A stretch of DNA of 64,000 bases from Eledone cirrhosa (GCA_964016885.1 OZ024741.1:364560001-364624000), one strand, 5' to 3'. Numbered from the stretch's first letter, positions 11,586-25,999 are shown. Translations and numbers: made by a program. The notes: generated by a model not told the origin, from the letters alone.

Positions 11586-12930
11586 TTTTCAATTAATTAA
11601 TGATCAGTTTTAAGGGATTATTAAGATAGTAACATATCATATGGTTCTTTTATAAAGTTTCATAGGAAGATTTGTATTTAAGATGGGTTGTATTATTTTA
11701 TAGAACAGGTGTTAGTTTTGGTCAGGTTGGCATAAAAAAATTAATGAAAAATTTTGAGGGATTTACTAAAATTATATCATTACTAAAATAGTAATATACC
11801 AAAAGATTCTTATATAAGATTATGTTGGAAGATTTTAATTTAAATAAGAACTCCTTAAAATGAGTGCTTTTGTTCCATAGAACCAGAGCTGGTTGTGACT
11901 AGGTTGGTATCAAAAGGTTTAGCTTGAGAAGAAATTATATATGACATTAATGTCTCCTTCAAAATTCTTTTCTAATATCTGTAATTTCCATTATAAATCA
12001 ATGTCATTTTTATAGTATTTTCCTTCTTTTTTCTTTGTTTTGTTTAAAAAATACTTTCTATTTGAAATGATGAATATCCAGACCACTGATTCCAGTAATT
12101 GTCTTTGATGTCAATGGCTCAGTTTTACTGCATCTTTCACTTTTCTGTGATTTAACTTACAGCAACTAATTCTATCATAAAATAGATAAAGGCTTGTAAA
12201 TTTAACCCTTTCATTTCCATATTTCTAATTAAAGACACTGCCTATGATTTTGAAAATAATCAAGATTTCGAAGGGATTTAGTAATATAACCAAATTTCTC
12301 ATGATTAATTTGGCATCTGAAGCATAACATAATAAAGTTTGTTACATAAAATTATGATGGAAGGTTTTTAAATAAATATGAATATTTTGAAATAAACAGT
12401 TTTGCATTGTAGAGCAAAGGCATTATCAGGTGGGGTGCTTAGTATCAAAAGAATTAAAGGCCTATGAAGAAATAACTATTCCACAGTCTAGCACCTTTAC
12501 ATTACTATAATAAAGAACTGAAAACATGTTTTTCAATATAGCTACTATTTAAGCCTTTTTATGCTAACTTATTTGAAGACACTCCTGGTTCCATACATGT
12601 TTATGTTTAAAAACTTTCCATTGTAATTTTATGTGGGAATCTTGGTTAAGATATGCTCAAAACACTAGCTTAATAACGAGAAAGTTAGTTATACACTAAA
12701 TCCTTCCAAACTCCTGATTAATGTCAAAATTACTTGAAAATCATAAGCAGTGTCTTTCATTAGAAATATAGCAACAAAAGGGTTTAAAATGTTGAGCATG
12801 GTACTTTCAATTAACTTTAAACTTAAAAATATAGAAAGTAAAAAAAATTGACTTTTTAAAAATTTTAATTTAAAAATACAAATGTTATTTTGACTGTTTC
12901 CATAAGTTGGATTTGCATTTTAAAAGATTT

Positions 12931-13137
12931 ACTATATGTACTCGTGTAAGTTGTACTGGTAAATAAGTTGCACCTCCATTTTACATACAATGCTGATGAG
13001 TAGCTGCTTTTGGGATTTACAATGTACTATATATTTTGAATTGAGGTTTTGTAGATCTAGTCGATATGCTGCATGTTGGTTTTTCACACTGTATTTTCAT
13101 GGAAAATGTTGCGACTTATACACAAATATATATGGTA
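12931..13137. mobile_element. TA-flanked Tc1/mariner-type MITE
   Basis: Termini tactatatgtactcgtgtaagttg / cgacttatacacaaatatatatggta; related copy at ~50899-51090. Confidence 0.55.
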
Positions 13138-13869
13138 TATATATTTGAGAGCTTTTTTTTTCCAAATATAATAACTATTCTATTGACATCATTATTTTCT
13201 ATTTAACTAATTTGACAGTAACATATTGTTTGAAAACATAACTTTATGTCGATGCCTTATAGATCCATTAACCCTTTTTTGTAGCCTATTTTTAATGATG
13301 CAGTTCAATTAATTTTGAAAATGACAAAAAATTTGGGGGGAATTTAATAAAATAACTTTTTCATTAATAAACTGATGATTTGAAGATTACTTAACAAACA
13401 TTTCTTGAATAAAGTTTTGTTGGAAGGTTTTAATATAAGTATGTACATTTTGAAATGGAAAGGTTTAGCATCAAAAGAGTTAATCTAACCATATGTGATG
13501 TATATTTTTATAAATCAATGAGCAACTGGGTTTCTTATAAAAGCCAAAACATTTATAAGAGAAAACCACACTAAGAAAAGAAAACTATATTTTTTATCAG
13601 CCAACACATATGGACATTAATATACATTTTTTTAAATAAAATTATATAAGTACATTTTGAAATGGGTAGTTTTGTATCATTTTGGACATTGCAAATTTAA
13701 AAGTCCTATAAAAAAAAATTTGATGTAAATATAACTTTAATAATAGTTTAAAAGCTTCATGTTACTCTCCTTTTATATACAAAATATAAACCCCAGAGAA
13801 AGTCATGAAAAGGAGGCATTCTCCATGTGAGCTATTTCTGTTGATGGAATAATTTGTTTTCTAATTCAG

Positions 13870-13929
13870 ATAATGAAAGTAGCTCGAAGCACTATCATGA
13901 CTACTCCATCAACCCTACGACCAGGAGAG
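13870..13929 (+). CDS. BRSK: BRSK alternative exon E1, IMKVARSTIMTTPSTLRPGE (60 nt, phase 0-0)
   Basis: ttttctaattcag acceptor, gag|gtaagc donor; paralog of 23729-23788 with many synonymous differences. Confidence 0.8.
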
Positions 13930-14635
13930 GTAAGCCAACTAAGTACTGTGCCTCACAATTACATATAACTCTCAGAATAATACGAAGCTCAGCTTAGCTT
14001 ATTTTGTGACTTCACTGTAAGCAAGTATATGTAATTGCATAAGGAAAGCCTTCGGTATTATCCACATTGCATGTGAATATTGAAGCATGATCTCATCTGT
14101 GTATTGTGCTAATTTTGAGAGAGTGTCTTAAGTTTTAATCTTTTATTAAACTCTGTTTTCTAACATTAAATGAATAACTCATTCAGGTAATATATAACAA
14201 GGTTATTTAAGTAATCACCTAGAAAAACTAATGAGTTTCACTGTTTTATTTTTAAATATTAACTAAATTTTGAATATTCTATGTTGTAACTATTATAAAT
14301 TAGGTATACTAATTCACACTTTTCTTTCAGAACTCTCATATTTAGATAGTTTTATAACAAATTTGATGTGGGGTTCAGTTTTACATTCACTATATACACA
14401 TATATGTATATAATATATATATATATAATCACATATAAACCCACCAGTCAAGTATAAAACATTTTGAGAGTTGAAAGGACGTTTCCATTCAACTATGAAA
14501 ACAGTTTAGGCTTGGCCATTGGGTTTACATATATTAAATAATACAGTCTACTTTCATAAAAGTATCAAGAACTAATTTAAATAATGGACAAACTAGTAAT
14601 TTAACTAGTAACATCCTATCCATATATATATATAT

Positions 14636-14875
14636 ATATTTATTAAAATAACAGATTAAAGTTTAAGCAAAGAATCGCTGCATTCACCCTTAACGGGATC
14701 TTCTGAAACTCTTTCAGAAGATCCCGTTAAGGGTGAAAGCAGCGATTCTTTGCTTAAACTTTAATCTGTTATTTTAATAAATATTTGCTCTACGGTTCTT
14801 ATATATCTGATATATATTTATCCTTATCGAGCCCTCTTTGGATATTAGTCTTCAAATTTATTATTATTACTATAT
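14636..14875 (+). mobile_element. Penelope-type pLTR with inverted 5' duplication (73-bp arms, 3-nt loop) carrying the CAGAAGA hammerhead variant
   Basis: 14636-14708 and 14712-14784 are reverse complements with 1 mismatch; tail tccttatcgagccctct...ttattactatata shared with 7992-8040 and (inverted) 1295-1345. Confidence 0.7.
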
Positions 14876-14894
14876 ATATATATATATATATACA

Positions 14895-16300
14895 TCACAA
14901 TGGATGAACTGGATGACAGCGAGAAATTAATGGAAAACCTAGAGAACAACAAACATTCATCAATGCAAATAAAACTCCAACCATTACAACCATTCGATTT
15001 CTAAACTTAAGCAGATAGAAAATAACAGACATCATGCCCATTTAGACTAAAGTCACACATAAGTGACTATACTTATATGGAGAAAACCAATGTCACTTCG
15101 ATGCAAAAATGTCAGTGATCGAACCCCCTACTCAGTAGAGCATTTAGATTCTCCTCCACACATAAAAAGAAATCTACAAAATAAAATAAACACTAATCAA
15201 CTATAGATATTCTAACAAACCATAGAATAATAAAGTCACTGATACATTAGACATTTTTTACTGGCACTCTGTTGGTTACAGTGGTGAGTGTTCCATGTGA
15301 TTCAATCAATGGAACAGCTTGCTCATGAAATTAATATGCAAGTGGCTGAACATTCCATAGACATCACTCGCTCGCTCTGACCGATCAACAAAATCCTAGA
15401 CCTCATTCGCTTGCCAAGTAGGGTAGATCTCGTCAAATCGGACCAAGGAAACAATGTTTCCATTGGTCTTTTCATTGCTGATACTCTCTACCGGTCACAA
15501 CTCCTGGCAGAGAGAACAATGTGAAATAAAGTTCCTTGCTCAAGGGCACAACAAATCACCCAGAATTGAACTAGCAACCTCACGATTGCGAATCCAACTA
15601 TCTAACGACTAAGCCAAGCATCTTCACCATAGACATATATACCTTTAATGTAGTTCTTGAGGAGATTCAATGTGACACAGTATGTGACAAGGCTGGCCCT
15701 TCAAATTACAGGTATAACTCATTTTTCTAGCTGAGTGGACTGAAACAATGCAAAATATAGTGTCTTGCTCAAGGAATTGAACTCACAGCCTTATGATCAT
15801 GAGCCAAATACCCTAACCACTCAGCCACATGCCTTCACCTATTACAAATACACAAACCTTACAATAAAGTGTATTAAATGAAGCAAATGTATACTAGCCA
15901 TATAATGTATGAATACATTATTAAACACCCTGTAAAACAGAATGCAAAATGCATTACTCTAAACAATAAACTACTATTAATAATATTCTTCAGAAACATT
16001 AAAATGAAAAACCTTATCAATAACTCAAAATGGTGTAAACCTGTGAACAAACTCCTAATTCTCATTGACATTTACAAATTTGATTGCAAGCATCCAAGTT
16101 GTGGGCTTTATGACCTCAACTGCTATATTAGCCTTAAAAGTAAAACACTCCCCCTTGGGCTCACCATGGACTTACAACAAGGAACACAACATTACACAAC
16201 ACAAAAAAAAAACTTGATAGGAAAACACTATAATAAACAACACAACTATATTATACAGGATTCCACAAAATGCTAGGAAGCAGTAACCATAACACAGCAC
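14895..16300 (+). pseudogene. Decayed Penelope-like retroelement (RT thumb plus GIY-YIG endonuclease), interrupted by nested SINEs at ~15259-15838
   Basis: ~15075-15220 reads GENQCHFDAKMSVI..LLSRAFRFSST (RT thumb-like). ORF 15878-16276 contains IYKFDCKHPSCG..CYISLKSKTL..LTMDLQQG, like the PLE VYxxxC..C..YIG.T..L..RL..H motif. Frameshifts and stops present. Confidence 0.65.
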
Positions 16301-16605
16301 AATGTTAAGATTTATACACAGATCACAAACAAAAATAAATACCTGACTAATTTGAATTTGCTGATATCATGTCAAAACCAATCACATTCAATCAGTCTAC
16401 TATAAAAAGGCAACATTGCAAGCCAACTTGATTTCATTCAAAAGATGAAACTATGAAGATCTAGAAATGTTGATAATGGATTTGGGAACTTTACTGTTCC
16501 AAAGAAAGAACTCATAGGACAATTGAAAAAGAAATCTTGATATTAAAGGTAGAACACATTCATGTTTTCAATAGAACATATAAAATAAAACTTGTTTCTC
16601 CATAT

Positions 16606-16679
<74 letters not shown>

Positions 16680-17389
16680 TCATCATCATTTTACATCTGC
16701 TTTTCATGATGGTATGGGTTGGAGGAGTTGTCACAGTCTATATTAGTTTTTATTAAGATTTGCTGCTCACATGGACAGGTTAGGGACCACATCTTGCTTT
16801 TATTTTTTCATTGGGGTATGTTTTCTATAGCTAGATGCCCTTCCTAATTCCAATGAGAAAGAGATGGAAGAGAGAGTCACTCTGTACAAGAAGTTGAATT
16901 ATGAAATATTATAATAATGGGGAGAGCAGCATAATAGGTGATAAAAAAATGTAGTAAGTGAAAGTGATAGGCAGCTATAAACTGGTTGTTGGTAAAGAGA
17001 TTGGATAGAAAAATAATATGAATGACATGAGAGAATAAGACATGGTAATCAAAGGGTGAGTAATGGAAGCAAGAGAGAGAGTAATGTATGTCAATAATAA
17101 GTAATGGTGAGAATAATGTGCATGAAAGCCTGATGAATAACAATATTATATTGCTATTATAATTTATATTATAATGATGGGTGGTGGCAAGAAAGTGTTT
17201 GATATATATGAGTGCTAATGAAGGAAAGAATGGTGGGGAATGATGGCTTGCACTAATGAAGGATTAATGGCAGACGGCATGATAGGTGAGAAGTAGAGTT
17301 GAATATAAACAGGTCCAAATTGCCATCCCCACCACTATTTTAATGTCTATTTTATCATACATGGATGAGCAGGTCTACTTCAGAACTGT

Positions 17390-17960
17390 TTATCACATTT
17401 GTCTTCTTTGTGAGTTTCAACTACTTGAGATACATTTTCACCACCTCCGTCTCATGTCTTCCTAGATTTCTCTCTACCACAGATTCCATCATTTTAGATT
17501 GTTAAATGCTTCTTTATATAATTGACATCCTACTTGTGCATCATATGCTTGTACTGGTTTAGTAATCTCTCTCACACACTACATCTGATTTCTCTCATAT
17601 CCAGCTTTTCTCTCAGGTCATTTGAGCTTCATTAATTATGCACAGTAATATTATATTTCAAGCAGAACAGACATGCTTGATTTCTTTCTAGCCGTTGCAA
17701 ATTTTCTTCATTCAATGTCCAGGTCTTGTTATCATGCAGCATTGCACTTTCATAATCAAGCATCATAAAATCTGCTGTTCACGCTGAGAGAAATATCCTT
17801 TCCTACCATCTGAGTAAATAACTCCCTGAACCTTTCCATCTTATTATTACGGTAGCTACTATGTTTTCCATACACCCACCTCCACTGATAATTAGCTCAC
17901 CTAGGTAACAAAAACTATCAACTACTTCTAAGGAGCTTTCCTGACATTTCCTGAATTTGA
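17390..17960 (-). mobile_element. Decayed RTE-like LINE RT fragment
   Basis: Minus strand reads EVVDSFCYLGELISGG near 17880-17930; related copy at ~19830-20370. Confidence 0.55.
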
Positions 17961-18268
17961 TTGTCACTTACAGAAGGCAGAACAATAAAAATGGTCATTG
18001 CCAATATTTTAATAGAGATTGTAAAGGGACATAATTCATACCATACGATATTTGGTCTGGCGCTATATTTTATTGTTTCCACCAGGAAAATTCATTGAGA
18101 CATGTAAGGTTTTACTTAAAGACCTAGGTCACATCCCTACCCCTTGCAATCCCAGGTTTCCTCAATTCTTCCCTATTTTGAATTGTTATCTATTCATTTT
18201 TCACCCAAGCCCCATAATAACATGAACAAGATTTTCAAACTTCAATAACTGTATAGCCTCAAATGGGA

Positions 18269-18484
18269 TTAACGCTTTAGTATTTAAACCAGCCATATCC
18301 AGCCAGAATTCTCTCACCTCTTTCTGTTCAAACTGGCTGTAACTGGCCACTTATACTGATACTAAGGTATTGCCCTCAAAATAAATAATATCAAAATCTC
18401 ATAGATACGATATTATGTGAGATAAAGCCTTTACCATGAAAATACAATAGTAAACATAGAGTGATGTAAATGCTAAAGGGTTAA
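18269..18484. mobile_element. piggyBac-like MITE family P1 (inverted)
   Basis: TTAA flanks, same body as the other P1 copies. Confidence 0.75.
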
Positions 18485-20584
18485 ATCAGAAGTAGCAGTT
18501 TTCGGTGAACTGTTAATTTGTGATCTCTCTTATAGTTGCTTTATTGGTATTTCATTTGATATATACTCAATGTACATTATTCTTTCCCACTCTGGAATCG
18601 ATAGCTCATTATAGAATGTGAATAAATGTAATGATGTTATATTGATGCTCTGTTCCTGCTCCTTATTATTAATATTATTAACACCTTGCTTCTTAAGGAT
18701 ACCAACTACAGTGAAATACCAAATGTAGAATAACACATTGGCAGCCAGACCCATATTAGCATTGAGTGCTCAAACTGGTGAACTAAGCATTACAGACCAA
18801 TATATATATAATAATAGTAATAGTAATAATACTGAAATGAAGTTATCGGATTTGACCGAAATATCTTTGATCGTTTTCCCACTCACTCGATGTTTTAATT
18901 AAGCTAGTATCCTTAAGATACTAACCCAAATGAAAACAGAGTGCACACTAATATGTTAAATAATGAGGAGGACGATTTTGCGTGGGTGGATAATTAGATT
19001 CTCTCTTCCTGGACTAATTAATTAGTTTCCACTACTCCATCTGCTGGCGACATATACATTATCATCTTTTAACATCATTCTCTCTGCTAGCATTGGATGA
19101 GTCATTGCCACTGAACTCACAGGTGGGCTGAGGAGGAAGGAGGACTGCACTTAGCTTACATACATTCCACATTCTACAGAGTGCACTGGGTACGTTTTAT
19201 CATGTCACCATCATGAGGGAGGTTGTCATGCCTTTGACCATTTCTTTATAAAGTTTTCTATGGCTGGGTGCCTTTCCTATCACCAACCACTTTACAAAGT
19301 GAATTTATCCTTTAGACCACCAACACTAGAGAGGTTGTTGTGCCCTTGATATAACTGAAGAGTCCTCTGACCCTTTTTGGCATAGTTTCTACAATTGGAT
19401 GTCCTTCCTACAACCAGAAACCTTACAGGATGTACTGGGTGCATTTTTCATGGTACCAGTACTAGAGAGGCTGTCGGTGGTTGACTCAATGGAAAAGCCC
19501 TCTCTACCCTAATGGGGTGGTAGTAGTAAGGAAGAAGATAAGTATGTTGTCATGGATGTATGGCAGGGAGGAGAAATGAGAAAATATGTCATGGGTGTAT
19601 GGTGACCTCTGATACTATTGGGTGTGCGTACTGTGATAATGAGAACAGCTACTAGAGAGTCATGATTGGTGTGTAAGGAGTTAAGATGAGTGTAGTGGAA
19701 CTTGGATAGAGTGAGGATGGTGATTGTGAACCTGGATAGGTGGTCCAGTAATTGTGAGAATAGCTACTAAGGATCAGTAGTAAAGGGTGCATGTATGTGT
19801 TTGGTTACATCTTTTATGCTGGTAGGCATGATGCCAATCCTCACAGTTTTTTGTCATCTCTGCTGTAAGGTTCTGCTTCTTAGGGTCAGTCTTCACTACT
19901 TCATATCATGTCTTCCATGAATCCCATACTTAGAGAGTTCTCTGCACTTCTTTATATAGTTTTCATCTTCCATATACATTATATGTCTATACCAATGCAG
20001 TATTCTCTCTTGTGCACAACATTCAATTCCTCTTATATCAAGTTTTTATCTCAATTTGCATATGCTACATCGTTCATGCACAGTAACATTACACATCTAT
20101 TGGAGAATACTTCTATTTTTTCTAGGATGTGCAGTTCTTCTGCAGTCAAGTCCTATGTCTTATTGTCATGTAGCATTGCACTTTGCACACAGGCATCATA
20201 CAGCCTACCATTCACTCTGAGAGAGAAGCACTTTGTTGTCAGCTCCCTAAACAACTTCCAAACTATTTTTACTCTAGTTATCACACTTTAAGAGCATTCT
20301 CCACCACTGCTGATTGGGTCACCAAGATAACAAAAGCTGTCAGCAACTTCTAAAGAGCTTCACTTGGAACTGAAGATATCTATTTCATGTTTATATATAT
20401 ATGGAGAGAGTGAAAAAGAGATAGGTAAAATCCTAACCATGGTGCCAAGAAGTTTCAGCTTGTGTATTCACTTTCATCAGCACAGGCTGAACAAGGTACC
20501 TGGTATGGTGCCTTTGTATCATAGTTGCTGGCCTTGATAATTATACATATATATTTACATACACACACATATATATATATACAT

Positions 20585-21080
20585 GCATGCATATATTTCT
20601 GTTTCCAAACAGTGGGTAACCATGTTTGAACTAATGCATATATAAATATACACATATCTAATATGTATGGATATGAACATGCCAGAAAATAGGAATATCC
20701 CTGTAAATTTAAAAAATGATAAACACCTTTGATTGACTTTTTAACCTCATTGGGCCTTCATCAGGTGTGTATGTCATCCAAACAACCACAAGGAAACATA
20801 TATTTGGTGGGCTTATATATCCATTTGCTCTTAGCAGATTTTTGAAATAGACATACTAATTTGCATATAATTAGCACTCATGTTGGTAATATATTAAGAT
20901 ATATATTGAGAAATGTGCTAGCAGCAAAAGTGTGCAATAAAGTTATAGCTGTATGTATACAAAGGTGGTAACCGAGACTGTACCAATGTGTATATAAGAT
21001 TAGATATGTGTATACACATAATAATATGTAGGTATGTAAACATGCCAGAAAATATGAATTTCCCTGTAAATTGAAAGAAA
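20585..21080. mobile_element. AT-rich repeat family (two direct copies of the acagtgggtaac...catgccagaaaatatgaatttccctgtaaatt arm)
   Basis: Arm recurs at ~29630-29740 and, inverted, at ~30820-30945; collapsed hairpin version at ~27635-27830. Confidence 0.5.
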
Positions 21081-21789
21081 AAAATATATGTGTGTGTTTC
21101 AGTGTATGTACGGGTGTACATGAACAGACACACAGACAAACACATCTTCATATAGTCTTAGTACATCGCTCACTCTGATTGATTGACAAGATCCCAGACC
21201 TCATTCGCTTGCCGAGTGGGGTGGACCTTGACAAATCGGACCAAGGAAACAATGTTTCCAGTGGTCTTTTCATTGCTGATACTATCTACTGGTTGCAACT
21301 TCTGGCAGAAGGAGCAACGTGAAATAAAATGTCTTGCTCAAAGGACACAACACATCATCCAGTCCGAGAATTGAACTTGCAACCTCACGAATGTGAATCT
21401 AACTCTCTTACCACCTAGCCACATGCCTTCCTATGCCAATACATACTTATATATTATCTCTTTTTACTAGTATAGTGAATTTTATTTTTTTTTTTTTTTT
21501 CCACATAGATTTACATGTGTTTGTGTATGTGTGTGTTTTTTACATGCAATCACTCACACTGTATTTAAAAAATCTTAAAATAATGTTTTTTTCTCATTCT
21601 AAAATATTATGTTATTCCTTTTTGCTAATTTTCATTTTACTTTCATAAGATTATACAATTTCGTATTTGACTTCATTTTGTCAAACTAAGAGATAGTAAA
21701 TTTCAATTTAGACATAAAATGACATTAAAAAGTCAGTATTAGTAATAGATAACAAGATGAGAATATGATTTGAGATATTTCACATTACC

Positions 21790-22115
21790 AAGCATATGCA
21801 AATACAAGCGGGCAAAATGGGATTACTCCGAAGGGTCTTAGCATATAATTACTCGGAGATCAGAGATTTGCTCAGAGTAGAGCTGCTCCTTCTGGGAATT
21901 GAGAGATCATAGCTCCAATGCTACAGGCATGTGGTCAGAATGTCTAAGAGAAGAATCACTGGACAGATTTTATAGGCAAAAACCAACCAGCAGGACACCC
22001 AGTTATAGACCCTAAGCAAGATGTTTGGATAACACCAATGAACTTGGGGATCCAGTCAGATCAATTGGAAACAGTCACTTTTGACAGGACATGTTGGAAG
22101 GATTGCTTGAGAACT
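21790..22115 (+). mobile_element. RTE-like LINE 3' fragment
   Basis: Homologous to 60375-60610(+) and 60945-61270(-). Confidence 0.6.
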
Positions 22116-22171
22116 CCCCCCCCCCCCCCCCCGGAACAAAAAGGAGGTGGAGATGTTGTAGCAGCAGCAGC

Positions 22172-22222
<51 letters not shown>

Positions 22223-23303
22223 TTAATGTGATTTCATTTTGCATTCATTTTGACAAAGGTTCATAGCTGGAATGCCTTTGATCATCAGCATTGAGAAGTT
22301 TTGTGCAGCCAATTATTACCGCAATAAATTAACTTTATTCCATTACCAATCTCGATGAGTATATTTCTAGATTTTTAGATTGTTTTTACAAAATCAAAAT
22401 TGATTGAAATTTACTGAAACATCACTGAGTTATATTTTCATATAATGGGAATGAATAACTTGTTCAATCTATACTTAAACTTGTAAATGCATAGTGATAT
22501 TTAGTATCAACCTTTTTTCATTGCTGACTAGACATTTATATATGCACACACACACACACATACACACACATATACATGTATATAACGTTAGTTCCACAAC
22601 AAATTAACAAACCATACTTGAAGATGTGGATTCTTAACTTGAGATAGGTTGCGCTCAGCACAACCTCACTCGAGTTGAGAATCTGTTGCGTGAAATGTGT
22701 GTCCTCGAGTATGGTTTGCTAATTTGTGATGGAACTAATTTTATACCAAACTCATCTTATGGACTGAGTGCTTTACATACTACGGATATAACCTCCTGGT
22801 GTTTTATATATATATACATACACACACACAAACCTTTGAAAGAATAGTGATAGTGTAAAGCTTCATATTTTCATTGCTGGCTATATATGTATATATATAT
22901 ATACACGTATGCATGTATATATGTATGTATATGTATGTATGTATATATGTATATGTATGTATGTATATATGTATGTATATATATATATATGTATATGAAT
23001 ACTCCAATATAAAATCTGCGGCTCAGTAGTTACCGATGATGTTGATCTTTTCTTCTTTTCGGGTTATAGCTACTGTCGCTCAGAGAGTGGGATTGCCTCA
23101 GTGCACAGTCTTTCCTCACTTTAAAAATATTCGTCACGCACAGGCATTGCAGGATAGAATTAATTAATGATTATTAATAATGATATATCATGCAATGGCC
23201 ATACTCGATAACGAGGGGGCAGCCATCATATATATATGCATATGTATATATATATATATATATATATACATATGAATATATATGTGTATATGTATGTATA
23301 TAT

Positions 23304-23337
<34 letters not shown>

Positions 23338-23378
23338 ATGTATGTATATATATATATATGTATGTATATACATATATG

Positions 23379-23447
<69 letters not shown>

Positions 23448-23728
23448 GCAATAATATACACACTCATACATATATATAAATTCTGTCTGCTTAAATTTCT
23501 CATTTTTGTGATTCTTAATCTGCTACACATATCTGCTCATCTCATTCATTTTCTGCCTTACCATATTTTATTCTGAGAGAGATGTGTTTTAGAAGCTTCT
23601 TTTGCACGATAGTTATGGCCCAGTCACCTCTCCTGGTTCTAGCCTGAAGGACAGTGCCTTAGGAATCCCCTGAGATTGCACCTGTTTTTTTTAACTATGT
23701 TGATGGCATTGTTTGTTTTCTAATCCAG

Positions 23729-23788
23729 ATGATGAAGGAAGCTAGAAGTTCAATCATGAGTGGCTCATCGACTTTAAAGCCAGGAGAG
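23729..23788 (+). CDS. BRSK: BRSK alternative exon E2, MMKEARSSIMSGSSTLKPGE (60 nt, phase 0-0)
   Basis: ttttctaatccag acceptor, gag|gtaaga donor; 13/20 aa identical to E1. Confidence 0.8.
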
Positions 23789-24532
23789 GTAAGACAACTA
23801 TGCATTGACTCCAGTGCACTGAGGCAATTCAATCAGTGCATTGCAGCCTCTGCTGTAGTCACCTCACATATTGTCTTGGAGGCTATTTTTGTTTATAATT
23901 GACTTTATCTTTCACTTTACTCCCAAATTGTTTTATTCCAAGCATGAATTTTGGACAAAGAGTGGAAGTTCAATTATAAACAACTGTTTTTCTCCCAAGA
24001 CCCCTGATAGAATGTAGAATTTCTTAGATTACTTTCCCTTGAAACAGGTACTGATGACATTCCTTGAATGATTATGAAAATCGTTAAGATGGTATAAAGG
24101 TGTGTGTAGTTGGTACAAAATGTGTTTTGCATTATTTGAAAAAAAACTACTGAGTAGAAGACAATAAAAAAGATATTTGGTGATCTTCACAATTGGTTTA
24201 TTTATCTACATCACCTAAATGTTTAGAAAAACACCCACACATTAATTACTGTTTGGTATGGGAAATGAAACAATATACAGATTTAAAATATGTAAAGTTT
24301 TTTTTTTTTTTGAAATGTGAAAATAAATGGCCAAATAAATAAAACTATATTTTAAAAGTACTTTAAAAAATTGTCCTCATCGGTTTCAGATATTAAGATT
24401 TTAAAAGATTATCTACTAATTTGTATCTATTATTAAATTTAAAATATTTAGTGTTCAACTGCTATCTTCTTTCCTAATTCTTATTTTAAACCTCTTTCTA
24501 TCCACAAAACCAACTAACCAACCAACAAGCAT

Positions 24533-24729
24533 TTTAACTCTTAACATCCTGTACTGCATGAAACTGCATTAGCAAGACATTCTTAAAAGACAGTATCACA
24601 TTAAAAATTAAAGTTCTCATTTTACTACAAATTTTCAAAACATTTTGTCTTTTAGTAAACATAAATTTGAATTAACAAACTTGTTTTTAAATATTTTTGA
24701 CTTAATCATTGCAGGATGTTAAGAGTTAA
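24533..24729. mobile_element. TTAA-flanked MITE family P3
   Basis: ttaactcttaacatcctgt ... gcaggatgttaagagttaa; copies at ~45753-45975 and ~53250-53452. Confidence 0.65.
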
Positions 24730-25539
24730 AGCCATTTTCTCTGCTAAAGGCCCCCTGAGAAACTTCATTTTACCTCATAGTGTCCTATTTGAGGCAATAT
24801 TTCACAACTCGATAACCTTCCTGGTAGTAATTTCTACCCACAAAAGATATTTGTAATTTTAAAAAATCAGCATTTAACATATCCTAAAAATACATTCTCC
24901 AGTGCCTTCATCACATTGAAGTCACTTAAGTTGTCAAAATATCATTAAGTTGGAGGTAGGCGAAATATCCTCTAAAATTTATCCATTCATACAATTTTTT
25001 TGAATTTTGAGCTGTTCATTTTACTTCATGGGCTTCCAGAAGTTTCTCCCAGTAAGAATAAAATTTGGGTTGTTTACTCAATTTAAAACATTTCTACTTG
25101 ATTAATCTCCCCTGCATAGATATATGTGGTAATAACATCTTAACATGCCAGAAACATTGTCCTTTCATTTAAATTGGATGGCAAATTGGCAGATTTGTTA
25201 GCATATTGGATTAAATGTCTTGCTATTTGTTCTGCCTCTCTCTGCTCTAAGGTCAGATTTGCCTTTTATACTTTCTGGATCAATAAATAAAGGACCAATC
25301 CAGGAGCAGTGAATTGGCAGAACCATTAAAGAGGATGGTATGTGGTATCTTCCTGCTCTGTGCTTTCAAATTTTACCTCGTTTCTCTAGGAGTTATGATC
25401 AGCAGATAATATCAACAATGAAAAGACCAATGGAAACATAATGTCCTTGGTCCAATCTAATGATCAGATCTTTTCCATTTTTGAATTAGAATATTACAAA
25501 ACTTACAACAGTTTGATTTTTTTTTGATTTTGTCTTTAG

Positions 25540-25562
25540 GCCCTATAAATAGTATCTTTCTG
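25540..25562 (+). CDS. BRSK: Candidate 23-nt BRSK microexon with in-frame stop (A-L-stop)
   Basis: U-rich tract + tttag, exon gccctataaatagtatctttctg, donor gtaagc; YGCY motifs (tgctgct) just downstream. Confidence 0.55.
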
Positions 25563-25800
25563 GTAAGCTTTTCTTTCATGTGCTGCTGTTCTATCTCCCT
25601 CCATATGTACAACTGAACGGACTATTATACGTTGATGTGTCTTATGTAAGCCTGTGCAAAGTTGGTAATAGGCTCAGGCCTGATGCGGAATGTAGGCCCC
25701 GATTTTAAATGCTCATCAAGGATTTTAATAATTAGTTTTAAATACATATGATTTATACCTGAGTTACAAGTATGTATACACACATACATGTAGTGTACAT

Positions 25801-25999
25801 CAGGCATGTCAAACTGAGGGACCCCCGAGCGCCCCATCGGTCACATGTGTTGTCTCAGGACCACACACAACAACTAATTGCGCACATTACAACTAATTTT
25901 TTAAAATTTTATATTGCGAAGATATAACATGCTCGCGCTGTAAAAACCTTTGTGCGGGCTTAGGTGTGCTTGTAAAGGGCTGCATGTTTGACATGCTTG
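25801..25999. mobile_element. hAT-like MITE
   Basis: TIR caggcatgtcaaac / gtttgacatgcttg; exact 8-bp TSD gtgtacat on both sides. Confidence 0.85.
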
